64,000 bases of DNA, from the IMG/VR virus record IMGVR_UViG_3300017765_000001, positions 32,001-96,000 of that record. The stretch is one strand, 5' to 3'. The notes under the pieces were generated by a model. That model was given only the letters and a program-made list of their open reading frames with translations, had not been told where the DNA came from and searched no databases. The translations under genes and the position numbers were made by a program. Numbering within the stretch: the first letter of the stretch is position 1; every line of letters begins with the position of its first letter. This document shows, in pieces, positions 49,262 through 59,955 of this stretch. Source of the DNA: a virus.

Positions 49262-50199
49262 TTACCTTTCACTCCATTGGGTGATACATTTATTTTAACA
49301 GAATCATATGGTATATTCAAGTCATTCTTTTTAGAAAAGACCAAGAAGAATCCACCATTACCCGCCCCACATAATTTATGTGCGATGACAGTGTCACTTT
49401 CTTCAAGAGTTTTATCCATAGTTCTGATGATCTTATTTTCTGTAATATGAGATGTTGTTTTTTTCTTCTGATCCCAACTCAGATTTAATAATTCTAAAAA
49501 CTCAGGATAGTTTTCATCCAGTAGTGCATCATATGCTTTCTCCACTGTCCCAATTAGAGGAACTGCCTTATCAAGATTATCTGTCACACTTTTAAGAACG
49601 CCTCTTGAATTTCTGGTGACTCCAGTAAACACAAGTGCCATATCATAATACTTGAATAAGTCAGTAGATAGAAAATCATACTTAACTATCCCACCCCTGT
49701 AGAAATCAATCTTCTTGAAACCACCAATACCACATCCATATGGATCTTGATATCCACAATATGGATTCATCTTCAATTCAAGTTTGTATGCCAACTTGCA
49801 TATCTCCACATCAGTCATGCTCAAACCATTGAACATGGATATGGCTTTAATCAAACTAATAATGTAGGATGAAGAGGATGCAAGTCCACTTCCCTGAGAA
49901 TATGCATCACTAGTCATTGAGATATTCATTGGATTACAATTAAAGTGGTCCAATACAACCCTTACAAGTTCATTCTTGATATCTTGAATGTGTTGTACCT
50001 CCTCTCTCTTTGAATAGTTGATAATATACTTACTTGATTCAGCATTATATCCCAACTGATCCTGATGAAGAGTAATGTAAGTCTTCAAGTTTGATGTAAA
50101 ACTAATGACAGATCCTTGTCCATACTTCTCAACAAAGAATGGATTATCAGTGGATCCACCAAACAAAGACACTCTAAGTGGGCAACTAGATATTAGCAT
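49252..50199 (-). CDS. GHMP sugar kinase, HddA-like
   Basis: PLRVSLFGGSTD; GSGLASSS; GYQD; KLCGAGNGGF. Confidence 0.85.
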   Translation of the reverse strand: MLISSCPLRVSLFGGSTDNPFFVEKYGQGSVISFTSNLKTYITLHQDQLGYNAESSKYIINYSKREEVQHIQDIKNELVRVVLDHFNCNPMNISMTSDAYSQGSGLASSSSYIISLIKAISMFNGLSMTDVEICKLAYKLELKMNPYCGYQDPYGCGIGGFKKIDFYRGGIVKYDFLSTDLFKYYDMALVFTGVTRNSRGVLKSVTDNLDKAVPLIGTVEKAYDALLDENYPEFLELLNLSWDQKKKTTSHITENKIIRTMDKTLEESDTVIAHKLCGAGNGGFFLVFSKKNDLNIPYDSVKINVSPNGVKGKCL

Positions 50200-51022
50200 A
50201 CTTTTTAAGATACTCCTGATTAGAATAATAAGATCTCAGTTGATGTCCAGTCATTTTTTGAATCTTCTCCCATTCATCAAAGTTTTGTTTCATGTATGGA
50301 TTACCTTGCACAGAATTAGGCCATGAGTTTGCACCTCTACTGTGCTCTAAGTGATATACTATATCATCTAATCTACCAACAGAATACCCCATCTTATCAA
50401 ATCTATAGAATCTTTCCTTATCCTCTGGAGATGATCCCCTGAAGTTTTCATTCTCCATCCCTGCAAGAATATAAGATTTTCTATTGACAAACTGCACATG
50501 TCCATACTGTGCATCATACATTCTGGATTTCTTATCTAGGACTTCAAAATCAAAGTCTTCGTTAATAAAGTCACTCACACCATCATCATCAATGAATACT
50601 TGCTTTTGATAATTTCCAAACCCATATGGATACACAAGGTCAAATCCATCCATAATCATCTTGACTGATTCAACGTATGTTTCTTTCTTGAAGAGAACAT
50701 CACAATCATAGTTTGCTATGACCTTTGTATCAACCATATCAATCATCTCATTCAGGATCTTCATCCTGTAGAATACAGGATCATCAGATTTCTCAAATAC
50801 ATGAGTAAGGTTGTTGATATTGTCACCAAGAAAATCTTCTATCTGAGGTAGAACCTGATCCTCAAATACAGATTCTACATCAACCTCTTTAAGAATAACT
50901 TTGGTATCAAAGGTTTTAAGAAGATAAGCAAGGACAGTGACAACATTTCTCATCCTATCTTCACTTTCAATCCTGATAGGAATAATGAAAGTACAGTTTT
51001 TTAAATCAATCATTTTGTGCAA
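50186..51022 (-). CDS. GT-A glycosyltransferase (GT2/GT7-like)
   Basis: TFIIPIR; DCD; GMENENF.G..PED.E; VYHLEH. Confidence 0.75.
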   Translation of the reverse strand: MHKMIDLKNCTFIIPIRIESEDRMRNVVTVLAYLLKTFDTKVILKEVDVESVFEDQVLPQIEDFLGDNINNLTHVFEKSDDPVFYRMKILNEMIDMVDTKVIANYDCDVLFKKETYVESVKMIMDGFDLVYPYGFGNYQKQVFIDDDGVSDFINEDFDFEVLDKKSRMYDAQYGHVQFVNRKSYILAGMENENFRGSSPEDKERFYRFDKMGYSVGRLDDIVYHLEHSRGANSWPNSVQGNPYMKQNFDEWEKIQKMTGHQLRSYYSNQEYLKKYANI

Positions 51023-51768
51023 CAGAAGTATGCTGACTCATCCCACCCTTTATACCCAGGGACATTACCAGAATATCCTGCTCCTCTCACAATATGTGTG
51101 AAAAGATATCCAAAGTGATTGGCATCATGTAGACCCTCTTCAAAGATCTTGAACCCTGCTGCTTCTAACTTTTCTTTCCACCATACTGCAGGAAATACTG
51201 ATTGATGCAGAGTAAACAATTCTCCCTCATACCCTACTGTTTTATCATAAGGTGCAAAAGGTGGGACCATATCCTCACCCTTCTCATTTCTTACATCTGG
51301 TACAAGAGACACACCAAATACACACAGACCACCCTCTTTCAGATGCTTAAAGATATTATCAAGCATTGGTTCAACATCATCTGGAGCAATATGTTCAAAC
51401 ACTTCCTCTGAGTGAATAAAATCAAACTCCATGGGTTTACCATCCTGATACAGCTGGTAATCCTTGGTGATATCACACAAGAAAAGATTCTTGTCATGAT
51501 ACTTATCCCAGTTCTTCTTGCCAACACCAGTCAGTGAATTACTGCTTCCCTCTAAACCAATACCAATATCACCTCTATCAATGAAGTCAACAACAAACTG
51601 CCCACAAGCACAACCAAGATCAAGCATGGCAATCTGCTCATCATCAAATCCATCCTTAACCTCATCAATTAATCCCTGAGAGGTGAAGTTGTCTCTGATG
51701 GCACCTACTGGACAGATATGATCTGGAGAGTCATCAGCAACTGTCTTGTTTGCTTCTAATGTAATCAT
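51010..51768 (-). CDS. Class I SAM-dependent methyltransferase
   Basis: LDLGC; EVFEHI; HLKEGG. Confidence 0.8.
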   Translation of the reverse strand: MITLEANKTVADDSPDHICPVGAIRDNFTSQGLIDEVKDGFDDEQIAMLDLGCACGQFVVDFIDRGDIGIGLEGSSNSLTGVGKKNWDKYHDKNLFLCDITKDYQLYQDGKPMEFDFIHSEEVFEHIAPDDVEPMLDNIFKHLKEGGLCVFGVSLVPDVRNEKGEDMVPPFAPYDKTVGYEGELFTLHQSVFPAVWWKEKLEAAGFKIFEEGLHDANHFGYLFTHIVRGAGYSGNVPGYKGWDESAYFCCTK

Positions 51769-52544
51769 TTTTTTACGTAAATTAGATTGTTGAATTCTTC
51801 ATCAAAGTTTTTTGGTTCAGGTATAATTACCTCAGCCTGACAACCACCAAACCACCATGCAACCTCATCAAACGAACTAGCATATGTACCAATAATCTTA
51901 GCACACTTAGATAGTATCAACAACTCAATGAATGCATCAGTTGTGATCTGGATGTCATCATGATGACCAGACTCAGCTAGTTTAGGATCATTAAAAATCT
52001 TTCTGTCATACAAAATTATTCTGTCAGGATATTTTTCTGCAAAATACTTATAGACATCTGAGTTATCAGAGCAAAAGAAAAACTTTTGATCTTTTGGTAA
52101 TCTATCTATCTCTCTTTCAAAGATGGAATTATCATGAAACTTCCTCCTCTGACAATACCAGGATCTAATATGCACACCAACCATATTGTCCCACGAATTC
52201 ACAAACTCAGAGACATATTCAACAATTTCTGGATTGATTTTAAGTTGTTCAATCACTCTCAAATACTTTTTGATAAAGTATTCTGGTGTTCTTTCATATA
52301 AAAGATCTATGGTTTTATAATCATCAATATATTGTTCTTCATCTGGCTGTACATATAATCTCCAGTCCTCCTCATAGATCATTTTTGGAGGATCAACTAG
52401 ATCAATACCTGGAAGAAGAAAATTAGTTGTCTCATGAATAGTGCATACCTTATCATAGACTGACATTGCACTGAGTATATTCTTTATTCTATTAGCAATG
52501 CCAGCATGACTTACTACTGTAGCATCCATCAAATAACCTCCCAA
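51765..52544 (-). CDS. Fucosyltransferase-like GT-B protein (NodZ/O-FucT-like)
   Basis: GIANR; GVHIR; CSDN; LILSKC..IIGT..SSF. Confidence 0.65.
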   Translation of the reverse strand: MGGYLMDATVVSHAGIANRIKNILSAMSVYDKVCTIHETTNFLLPGIDLVDPPKMIYEEDWRLYVQPDEEQYIDDYKTIDLLYERTPEYFIKKYLRVIEQLKINPEIVEYVSEFVNSWDNMVGVHIRSWYCQRRKFHDNSIFEREIDRLPKDQKFFFCSDNSDVYKYFAEKYPDRIILYDRKIFNDPKLAESGHHDDIQITTDAFIELLILSKCAKIIGTYASSFDEVAWWFGGCQAEVIIPEPKNFDEEFNNLIYVKK

Positions 52545-53314
52545 CCTTCAGGATATAAATCATCAGTATTGATATCTGAGAGACCAGGACCATACCATGG
52601 TGTGGGGGCAATTACTTTACCATCACCCAACCATGCACCCCACCAACTAAAAGTGCTGTTAGATATAATAAAATCTTTGCACTTTGAAATTAAACAAAGA
52701 TCAAAGAATGCTTTCTCAGACACGATATTAACATCATTATAGATAAAATTATCTCCAACAAAATGATTCTTGAATCTATCTATATCATTTGAGCAGACAA
52801 TATATTTTCTATCTTTACCAAACCTTTCAATAGCTCTATCAAAGTATTCCATTTCAATATTTCTATGATTATTACTACAATTAGGATAATCAAAATTATC
52901 ATTGTAGAATCTCACGCAGATTGAAACAGGGTCATCTTTTAGGTGTTCACCAAACTTCTCCTCCACCTCTGCTTCAATTTCTTTTTTGAATCTAAAATCT
53001 AATCTGATTAATTTTTCAGCATTCTGAAAATACTTGTCAGATTGAAAATATCCGTTGAGTGTTACATGATTTGGACATCCATAAAATAAGTCCTCACAGA
53101 ACTCATGTGAGTCATGAAGTTCAACTTCATCACCATCTATCATTCCAAATCTCTCTCCACAGTGTAGCATACCAAATCCTCTGACCAGATCACAGTCACT
53201 TGGAATTACAAAATCATAACCACTCTGTTTAGCAATACCTACAAGAGCAGCATATTGGAACATTTGATTTCCAAGTCTGCCATTCTTACCAAGATTGTTC
53301 ATTCCAATGGTCAT
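52529..53314 (-). CDS. Alpha-1,2-fucosyltransferase (GT11)
   Basis: GRLGNQMFQYA; GYFQSDKYF; IISNSTFSWWGAWL. Confidence 0.88.
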   Translation of the reverse strand: MTIGMNNLGKNGRLGNQMFQYAALVGIAKQSGYDFVIPSDCDLVRGFGMLHCGERFGMIDGDEVELHDSHEFCEDLFYGCPNHVTLNGYFQSDKYFQNAEKLIRLDFRFKKEIEAEVEEKFGEHLKDDPVSICVRFYNDNFDYPNCSNNHRNIEMEYFDRAIERFGKDRKYIVCSNDIDRFKNHFVGDNFIYNDVNIVSEKAFFDLCLISKCKDFIISNSTFSWWGAWLGDGKVIAPTPWYGPGLSDINTDDLYPEGWEVI

Positions 53315-54144
53315 AATACTATCTCCTTATTCTGTTCCTTTAATCTATCATCAATTATATCACCAATATCTAGTGAATAAAAGGCGTGCCACCCTCTAGT
53401 GTTACCTGTGTACCAGTGATTACAATCACCTCTATGCATCTTTACAGTTTCCCAGTACTCTCTTGATTGTAATTGATAATGATTCAATAACAACTCTGGG
53501 TCATCTGTATCCATCTTATATGAAAGATTAATTGATGGTCCATCATTGACTGCATCATGGACCATGAATGCTTTGCATCCAAAATCTGTATTAACAATAC
53601 ACTTAGGAGCATTCAGATTCTGCCACTCAGGTTCATTCTGTCCATTCTCAGCAGCATGACTGTAAATGGTACAGAAAACCCTGGCATCATACTCTGCTCT
53701 CTTGTTAAAATTTTTGACTATACCACCCTCTGGATGATCAATATATTCATTAGAATTAAACCAGACCCAGTTGGTAATTACCCTACCATAGTTCTCATAG
53801 TTCACAAGAATGTCTTTAAGATTGATTGCTTTGGGACTATATAAAAATTCATCAACATCAACCTGAGCAATCCACTTTGACTCACTAGCAATTGGAAGAA
53901 GATACTTATTGGTGATATCAATCTGTCTACCAATATATCTCTCAGAGATATCACTTTTGAATAGTGTGACATACCCAGAATCAATATATGGTTGCAGGAT
54001 AGGCATGTAATCATCATCACTGAAGTCATCCACAAGATATACATGGTCTGCTCCATGTAACTTATAGTGCTCAATCCACTCCTTAAGACTCCAACTTTCA
54101 TTCTTGAACATTGAAGCCACTGAAAAATAATACTTGTGACTCAT
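53311..54144 (-). CDS. Glycosyltransferase family 92 / GT2-like
   Basis: MFKNE...EWIEHY; DDFSDD; DVDEFL; LLNHY. Confidence 0.75.
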   Translation of the reverse strand: MSHKYYFSVASMFKNESWSLKEWIEHYKLHGADHVYLVDDFSDDDYMPILQPYIDSGYVTLFKSDISERYIGRQIDITNKYLLPIASESKWIAQVDVDEFLYSPKAINLKDILVNYENYGRVITNWVWFNSNEYIDHPEGGIVKNFNKRAEYDARVFCTIYSHAAENGQNEPEWQNLNAPKCIVNTDFGCKAFMVHDAVNDGPSINLSYKMDTDDPELLLNHYQLQSREYWETVKMHRGDCNHWYTGNTRGWHAFYSLDIGDIIDDRLKEQNKEIVL

Positions 54145-54848
54145 TTCTTTATTCCAAACTTCTTATGAACATAATCAAATTCCTGCAGTGTTTCTTCTTC
54201 TGATACATCTGCCATCAATGTGTTTTCATCTCTTACTCTATTGGCGATAAGAACATCATGATGAAGAATAGGTTCACCATATTTAAGCAGCATGGAATAG
54301 TAGAAATCTACATCTAGACACATTCTAACATTTGGGTCAAATCTGACATCAACACCATTCTTAATTGTAAGAACAGAGAGACCACCAATATAATTAAATC
54401 CTGGATCAGTGATCATTTTCTCATGAAGAAGAGGTAACATGGGATTGAAGAATGAATGTCCATCATCCCTAGTATGAATGGCACCACAGGCATACCATTG
54501 AGCAGGTGTATCATTCATCACATCATACATCTTTTGCAGTGCTTCTGTATCATACAGAAAATCATCCTGCTGGAAGATTTTAATAATCTCTCCAGTAGAA
54601 TGATCAATGGCATTATTAGTATTGACAGCAGGATTTCCTCTTGCCTATACATTACGAATGTATTTGATATTTAAATCATATTCATTCTCATCACAATATT
54701 CTTCAATCTCAGTATCAACACTGTGATCTGAAATGACAACCTCAACATCTTTCAATGTTTGTTGTGAAATTGTGCGAAACATATCATCCAGCATTTCAAC
54801 ACCAAATCCATAGTATTCAAACACTGGGACTGCAATTGAAACTTTCAT
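54141..54848 (-). pseudogene. GT2 glycosyltransferase interrupted by one in-frame TAG (54645-54647)
   Basis: ...IKYIRNV*ARGNPAVNTNNAIDHSTGEIIKIFQQDDFL... continues in frame into the 54141-54530 ORF. Confidence 0.75.
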
Positions 54849-55633
54849 CGTGTTACAATCATTTCTCCATGAAGACCATTCCTAAGCAACTCATACTTGT
54901 AATTATTTTTATCCAACCATTCCTTACAAGCAAGTCTTTCATGCTGATCATAGTCAGGTTCATGACCATGCCAATCATCAAATCTCATGTAAATCTTTTT
55001 CCATTCACACTGATCAACAAAGTTCAGTGCTGATACTGTGGGTTCATAAATGTCCACATCAATATGTACAGCACAGATCTTTTTGATCTCATAGTCCTTA
55101 GGTTCTGTGAGATCATGAATGTCTTCTACAATCAAACTAATATTATCAAACTGAGAGAGGTCATCAATCACTTCATCATATGTTTGACGATATTCAGGAC
55201 CATCCAATGCAAATGCTCCTTCATGCCACCCAGCATATAATGGGATAAATTGTTGTGTCTGCTCCAGTCCTTCAAAGTGATCAAATCCATGCCATCTTTT
55301 TGTTGGATTTATGAAAGCAAAGTCACGAATAGTTCCTCCACATGCAACACCAAACTCAAGAACATCACCTCTCAATTTCATGGTTTTGAGAATAGCTGCC
55401 CACTCAATGTGAGTCATTGGATGAGTTGGGACATCCTCAGGAAAAATTTTATCTGTTTCAACCCATGATGGTGGTTCATAACCAACTGCCCCTGTGTTCA
55501 GGAGAAAGTGATTTTTCTTATGATATGTGGTAAGTGCTTCAAGTGCTTTCACACCACCAGTCATGTCAGCATCACTTACATTCTGAAAAATTCCTTGAAA
55601 GTATGGAGTTGAATGGTCAAGATCGTATTTCAT
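54845..55633 (-). CDS. TylF/MycF-like O-methyltransferase
   Basis: GDVLEFGVACG; GFDHFEGL; VHIDVDIYEPT; FDDW. Confidence 0.8.
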   Translation of the reverse strand: MKYDLDHSTPYFQGIFQNVSDADMTGGVKALEALTTYHKKNHFLLNTGAVGYEPPSWVETDKIFPEDVPTHPMTHIEWAAILKTMKLRGDVLEFGVACGGTIRDFAFINPTKRWHGFDHFEGLEQTQQFIPLYAGWHEGAFALDGPEYRQTYDEVIDDLSQFDNISLIVEDIHDLTEPKDYEIKKICAVHIDVDIYEPTVSALNFVDQCEWKKIYMRFDDWHGHEPDYDQHERLACKEWLDKNNYKYELLRNGLHGEMIVTR

Positions 55634-55641
55634 TATATCTC

Positions 55642-56415
55642 CTATGAAAATTGTACACCTTGTGGGAGGTTGCCATGAAACCCAAAAGGTATCATACCAT
55701 AATTAATATCTAGGGTGCTCTCATGAGAGAAATGTTTTGCCACCTCCACTGGAGCAAACTTACAACCCTGGGATTCAAAGATGTGTCTGTTGTGAACACA
55801 GATGTTTCCATCTTCATTCCAATTGACACCACCAAACATTTTGTAGAAATCATTCATTGCCACAACATCAAATGGCACCTCAACTTTTGATGGAACATCA
55901 AGAAGTTTCTTACTCCTGAATGAGAATCCACCATTACCAACAGAGATGTGCTCTCCAAAGGGTGTCACAAATCCCTGCTCTCTCCATGGCCATGGAGCAC
56001 CAATGTAATCATAATCATAGTACTCATCTCTCCATTCATCTGGATTAATAATAAATCCATCATGCTGAATAGTAAGAGTATAGTTTGTGTCTACATGCTC
56101 AGTCAAATGATAAATCATAAATCTAGCATAATCCTTCATATTAGTGATAGGAATACTAGGTTCTTCACATACAATTCCATCCTGCAACAGGTCTTCACCT
56201 CTGATATCAATGACTTCTTTTGACGTGATGAACTTGACAGAGTCAAAGTCAGCAAAGTCCATGCAGGTGTAGATAGCACGAATAGTATCCTCCACACCAT
56301 TGTCAAGAGTCTTACTTTGCTCTCCATCTTGAAGGTCAGATGCAGCAATCTTACTCTTATCCCATGGCACATACATGGTTGATAGAGTAGTGTCTTTGAT
56401 TCTTAATTTAGTCAT
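55642..56415 (-). CDS. DUF5672-like GT-related protein
   Basis: IQHDGF; YDYIGAPW; VGNGGFSFRSK; PFGFH. Confidence 0.75.
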   Translation of the reverse strand: MTKLRIKDTTLSTMYVPWDKSKIAASDLQDGEQSKTLDNGVEDTIRAIYTCMDFADFDSVKFITSKEVIDIRGEDLLQDGIVCEEPSIPITNMKDYARFMIYHLTEHVDTNYTLTIQHDGFIINPDEWRDEYYDYDYIGAPWPWREQGFVTPFGEHISVGNGGFSFRSKKLLDVPSKVEVPFDVVAMNDFYKMFGGVNWNEDGNICVHNRHIFESQGCKFAPVEVAKHFSHESTLDINYGMIPFGFHGNLPQGVQFS

Positions 56416-57154
56416 TTGTCTCCACATATAGTGCTTTGTATCTCTTGGCAGATGTTGGAGCAAGATCTGTCAAGTAGTAGACAGCAATACTCTTTCTCAT
56501 TTTGCCATCAGGACAATTGATAGGTATTGGAAATCCATGCCATGAATTCTGTGATGTATCAAATAGAACTGCTCTGTTAAAAATAGGTTCTATTTGAGTA
56601 ATCTTTTCTTTTGGTTTGTTAGTATCAGAATCATGTGACCAAAATTCTAAACTACCTCCCCAATCAGGATTATAATCCTTCTCAAGATATACTATCAGAT
56701 TCAGTTTCCTAAGCAAGTTGAGTTTAGGATGTGTGGCATAATCAAGATGCACAGCTAAACTTCCACCTGCTCTATGCATGTGCCACCCACCACCATGCAA
56801 TCCCACATCAGGATACAGAGGTTCAATATTAGTTAGAGATGATATCTCTGACGTAAATTCTGATGACAATAGTTTAGTAAAGACATCATATGTTGTGGCA
56901 GGAAATCTATTCCACACATTACATGTCTTCTTATCACCAATCCAACCTTTGTAGTGAACAACATCTTTACCATCATCAAAGTCAATAAACTCATTGGTCA
57001 TTGACTCTGCCACATCTTGATCTAAAAAATCATCAATGATCCAATGATCAAATGGTTCGCTACAATATACAGATTTAGACAACATCTGGTTTATCATCAT
57101 AGAACTCATGTCTTTTTCTATATTCTCTATATTCTTCTTTGCAGTCAGTTCCAC
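56408..57154 (-). CDS. 2OG-Fe(II) oxygenase (prolyl-hydroxylase-like)
   Basis: GGGWH...HLD; WGGSLEFW; FNRAVLF; SWHG; RKS. Confidence 0.85.
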   Translation of the reverse strand: MELTAKKNIENIEKDMSSMMINQMLSKSVYCSEPFDHWIIDDFLDQDVAESMTNEFIDFDDGKDVVHYKGWIGDKKTCNVWNRFPATTYDVFTKLLSSEFTSEISSLTNIEPLYPDVGLHGGGWHMHRAGGSLAVHLDYATHPKLNLLRKLNLIVYLEKDYNPDWGGSLEFWSHDSDTNKPKEKITQIEPIFNRAVLFDTSQNSWHGFPIPINCPDGKMRKSIAVYYLTDLAPTSAKRYKALYVETND

Positions 57155-58118
57155 TCATCATTATACCAGATCTATCAATATACATCCAGTCATCCACAAT
57201 ATTATCATCACCTCTCCAATATCCTGTTGACCTTTTGTAATCATTCCAATACTTAGGAGCAATGATAGTTTTTGCTTTTGTATTAGTCCATGCTGGCCAG
57301 AAAGCAAATGTTGATGAGGTCAGAATAGAGTGAACTGCATTGTTCAGAATAGAATAATCAATACCAATGGGACCACCTTTATAGACATAGAATCCTGATC
57401 CCTGTAGATGTGCTAGTGGGTCAATCTGATCTGATGATGATGCTCCAATGATTGGTGCCCAGGGAATATACTTCTTTGCATTCTCAGGGTCGTCAGTAAT
57501 GACTCCAAACTTCATGTTGGGATTAATCTCAAGCATTCTATCTGCTGCCATCCTGTAATATTCAGGCGGACACCAGGCAGATGTAATTAGATATTCACCA
57601 CCTCTGAATTGGATGACACAAAAATCATCACTTGAATAATCAGTGACTGTGATATTTGGTTTCAACCATTCAATAATATCAGATCTTCTATCATTAATAT
57701 ATCTAAGTCTTTGAAATGTCCCATCAATTTTTGTATTATCAGGGACAGTATTATGGAGAAGATCATCATAGATCATTGCATCTTCATTTGGTAGTTCGTG
57801 AAATCCATATGGATATTCATCCACTCTTTCTCTTCCATAGTATTCAATACCATCTGGAAGTTCTGATGGCTCTTGACCTTCCTGGTGTGTGACACCTCCT
57901 GTGACCTCATCCCCCCAATCAATATTAGTCAGAAACTGACATCCCTTGAAAGTCTTAAGTCCTACTGTTTGTAGATTGGATGCACCTGACCCACTATTAG
58001 TGATGTCTCTACGCACTCCCCATCTAAACCCTCTGTGCTCTGCTATGCATCTAGGAGCAACAATATTCCACAACTGGTTACCCAAACCAGATCCATTATA
58101 AATTTCAGATACAATCAT
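57075..58118 (-). CDS. GT11-like glycosyltransferase
   Basis: GLGNQL; FRGGEY; ITDD; SSTFAFWPAW; IIAPKYW. Confidence 0.75.
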   Translation of the reverse strand: MIVSEIYNGSGLGNQLWNIVAPRCIAEHRGFRWGVRRDITNSGSGASNLQTVGLKTFKGCQFLTNIDWGDEVTGGVTHQEGQEPSELPDGIEYYGRERVDEYPYGFHELPNEDAMIYDDLLHNTVPDNTKIDGTFQRLRYINDRRSDIIEWLKPNITVTDYSSDDFCVIQFRGGEYLITSAWCPPEYYRMAADRMLEINPNMKFGVITDDPENAKKYIPWAPIIGASSSDQIDPLAHLQGSGFYVYKGGPIGIDYSILNNAVHSILTSSTFAFWPAWTNTKAKTIIAPKYWNDYKRSTGYWRGDDNIVDDWMYIDRSGIMMSGTDCKEEYREYRKRHEFYDDKPDVV

Positions 58119-58891
58119 TTAATCAAGTGTACATATTTTTCTTGGTTATCAATTATATATTGAGGAAAAGAATCATCAATTTCTACAGTTCTATAACTCA
58201 TATTACCTCTACTCAACACATCTTTTCCATTCTTGAGATTATCAGACACATTATCAAGAACTTGTGGCACATTGAACTGTGTGTCACAGAATGAATTGAT
58301 CTTCTGTTTTACATGTTCAGCATCACCACAGTATGTAAAATGCCAACCTGCATTGGTAATAATTGAACCTGTAATCTTACTCTCGTCCTCTGTGCCTTCT
58401 CTTATATCATCCACTGTAGTTCCTTTCATGAACTTATAAGTGGCTGCTCTTGATCCAAACCATGTATCAGAATAGAGATTGTTCAGATATCCATGATATG
58501 CAGACTGTTGAAATGTGAAATGAGTATCATCTGATATCCACTCTGAAGCATGTTCAATTACCTCAGGACTAGGAATCTCATCCCCATCACTTAACAAAAG
58601 TAGATCATCATCCTCAAAGATATCCAAGTCCATTACAGAGTTCCTTGAGTATATCTCACGATGCCAGGGTCCTTCAAGATCAGGAATCTTGATTTGATTA
58701 TGAATAATCTTATGTTCCCACTTAGCAAATCTCTCTTTGTTATTCAGATAATGACTATCCTTTGGTTTGCCAGAAAATGTAATGTCACCCTCTGTAATTA
58801 CAAAGTAATCACAATACTCATCTAAGATATTGAGTCTAATCTCAAGTAGTTCAACTTCATGATTGAAGATGATGCAGTCATAAATTTTCAT
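58115..58891 (-). CDS. Glycosyltransferase family 17-like
   Basis: IYDC..FNHE..LL.IRL; TFSGKPK; SDGDEIP; GWHFTY. Confidence 0.85.
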   Translation of the reverse strand: MKIYDCIIFNHEVELLEIRLNILDEYCDYFVITEGDITFSGKPKDSHYLNNKERFAKWEHKIIHNQIKIPDLEGPWHREIYSRNSVMDLDIFEDDDLLLLSDGDEIPSPEVIEHASEWISDDTHFTFQQSAYHGYLNNLYSDTWFGSRAATYKFMKGTTVDDIREGTEDESKITGSIITNAGWHFTYCGDAEHVKQKINSFCDTQFNVPQVLDNVSDNLKNGKDVLSRGNMSYRTVEIDDSFPQYIIDNQEKYVHLIK

Positions 58892-59955
58892 CAGTCCTCT
58901 AATACTCTTGATAGTGCTTTTGTTTTAGCAGCATTATACTCTTCTGTCTGCCATGCATTTCCATTACTAGCATTCTTGTAATGCAGCACAAATGCTTCAG
59001 TCATATCATCATCAGTTTCAAACTTTATAAGATCAATGAATGTTGGTTTAGGAAAATTATGAGTTGCTGAGTATCTCACCATGTACTTGAAACAGTCATA
59101 AACATACTGCCAATGATTCTCTCTTTCTTTCTGATGTGGGAATGTCTGTTTGTCTGAATGTTGATAATCAAGAATGATAAATTCTTTATCATCAAGATTG
59201 ACATGCATTGGTGAACAACCATTGAAACCCATCTCAATGAATCCATCAGGAGGTGTATGTTTATCTCCTGAGTCTGCATCTCTTTGAATACTGACATGAT
59301 CAAGATATTTAATTTTTAATTTATCTTTATAATCAATCAGATATTGATAACCTTCACCACCAACATCACATGGCTGTCCATTGAATACACCCAACCCCCA
59401 CTTTAATTCTGATGGATTTGGCATATTAGGAATATCAGCAATCACCAAACCATTCCAAGGATATCTGAGAGCAATCTGTCCTCTACTTTCCTCAGAGTAT
59501 TTTTGTGAGTATCTGTATGATGGAATGAATGCAAGATTATGATCCTTCATCATCTCTTCAAAAGAAATGTCTTTGATGAAAAACATATCAGAGTCAATCA
59601 AGATTGAAATGCAGTCATTGTTGACAATATAATGCTGCCACCCCCATGTGAATGCATATCCACAGACCTGACTTCCATCACCTGTAAATGAATCACCTTC
59701 AAACTGTTTATACCCATTGATGAACTGATACTCTGGATCAAGTTCAACTCTGATGCATTGGACACCTAATGACTCACATACATCATTAATCTCCTGAACC
59801 CTCTCAGGTTTGTATCCACTAAAAGGATTTGATCCTGCTCTTTCATTGTTAAAGACAATGTATTCAAAATCATCTTTAATGTGTCTCTTCATACTCTCAT
59901 ACTGAGGTTTAATCAGATCAGGTCTATTATGAGAGTAGGTATAAATTTTAATCAT
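58891..59955 (-). CDS. Putative GT-A glycosyltransferase
   Basis: NRPDLI..Q; IDSDMF DxD; LHY; island context. Confidence 0.5.
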   Translation of the reverse strand: MIKIYTYSHNRPDLIKPQYESMKRHIKDDFEYIVFNNERAGSNPFSGYKPERVQEINDVCESLGVQCIRVELDPEYQFINGYKQFEGDSFTGDGSQVCGYAFTWGWQHYIVNNDCISILIDSDMFFIKDISFEEMMKDHNLAFIPSYRYSQKYSEESRGQIALRYPWNGLVIADIPNMPNPSELKWGLGVFNGQPCDVGGEGYQYLIDYKDKLKIKYLDHVSIQRDADSGDKHTPPDGFIEMGFNGCSPMHVNLDDKEFIILDYQHSDKQTFPHQKERENHWQYVYDCFKYMVRYSATHNFPKPTFIDLIKFETDDDMTEAFVLHYKNASNGNAWQTEEYNAAKTKALSRVLED

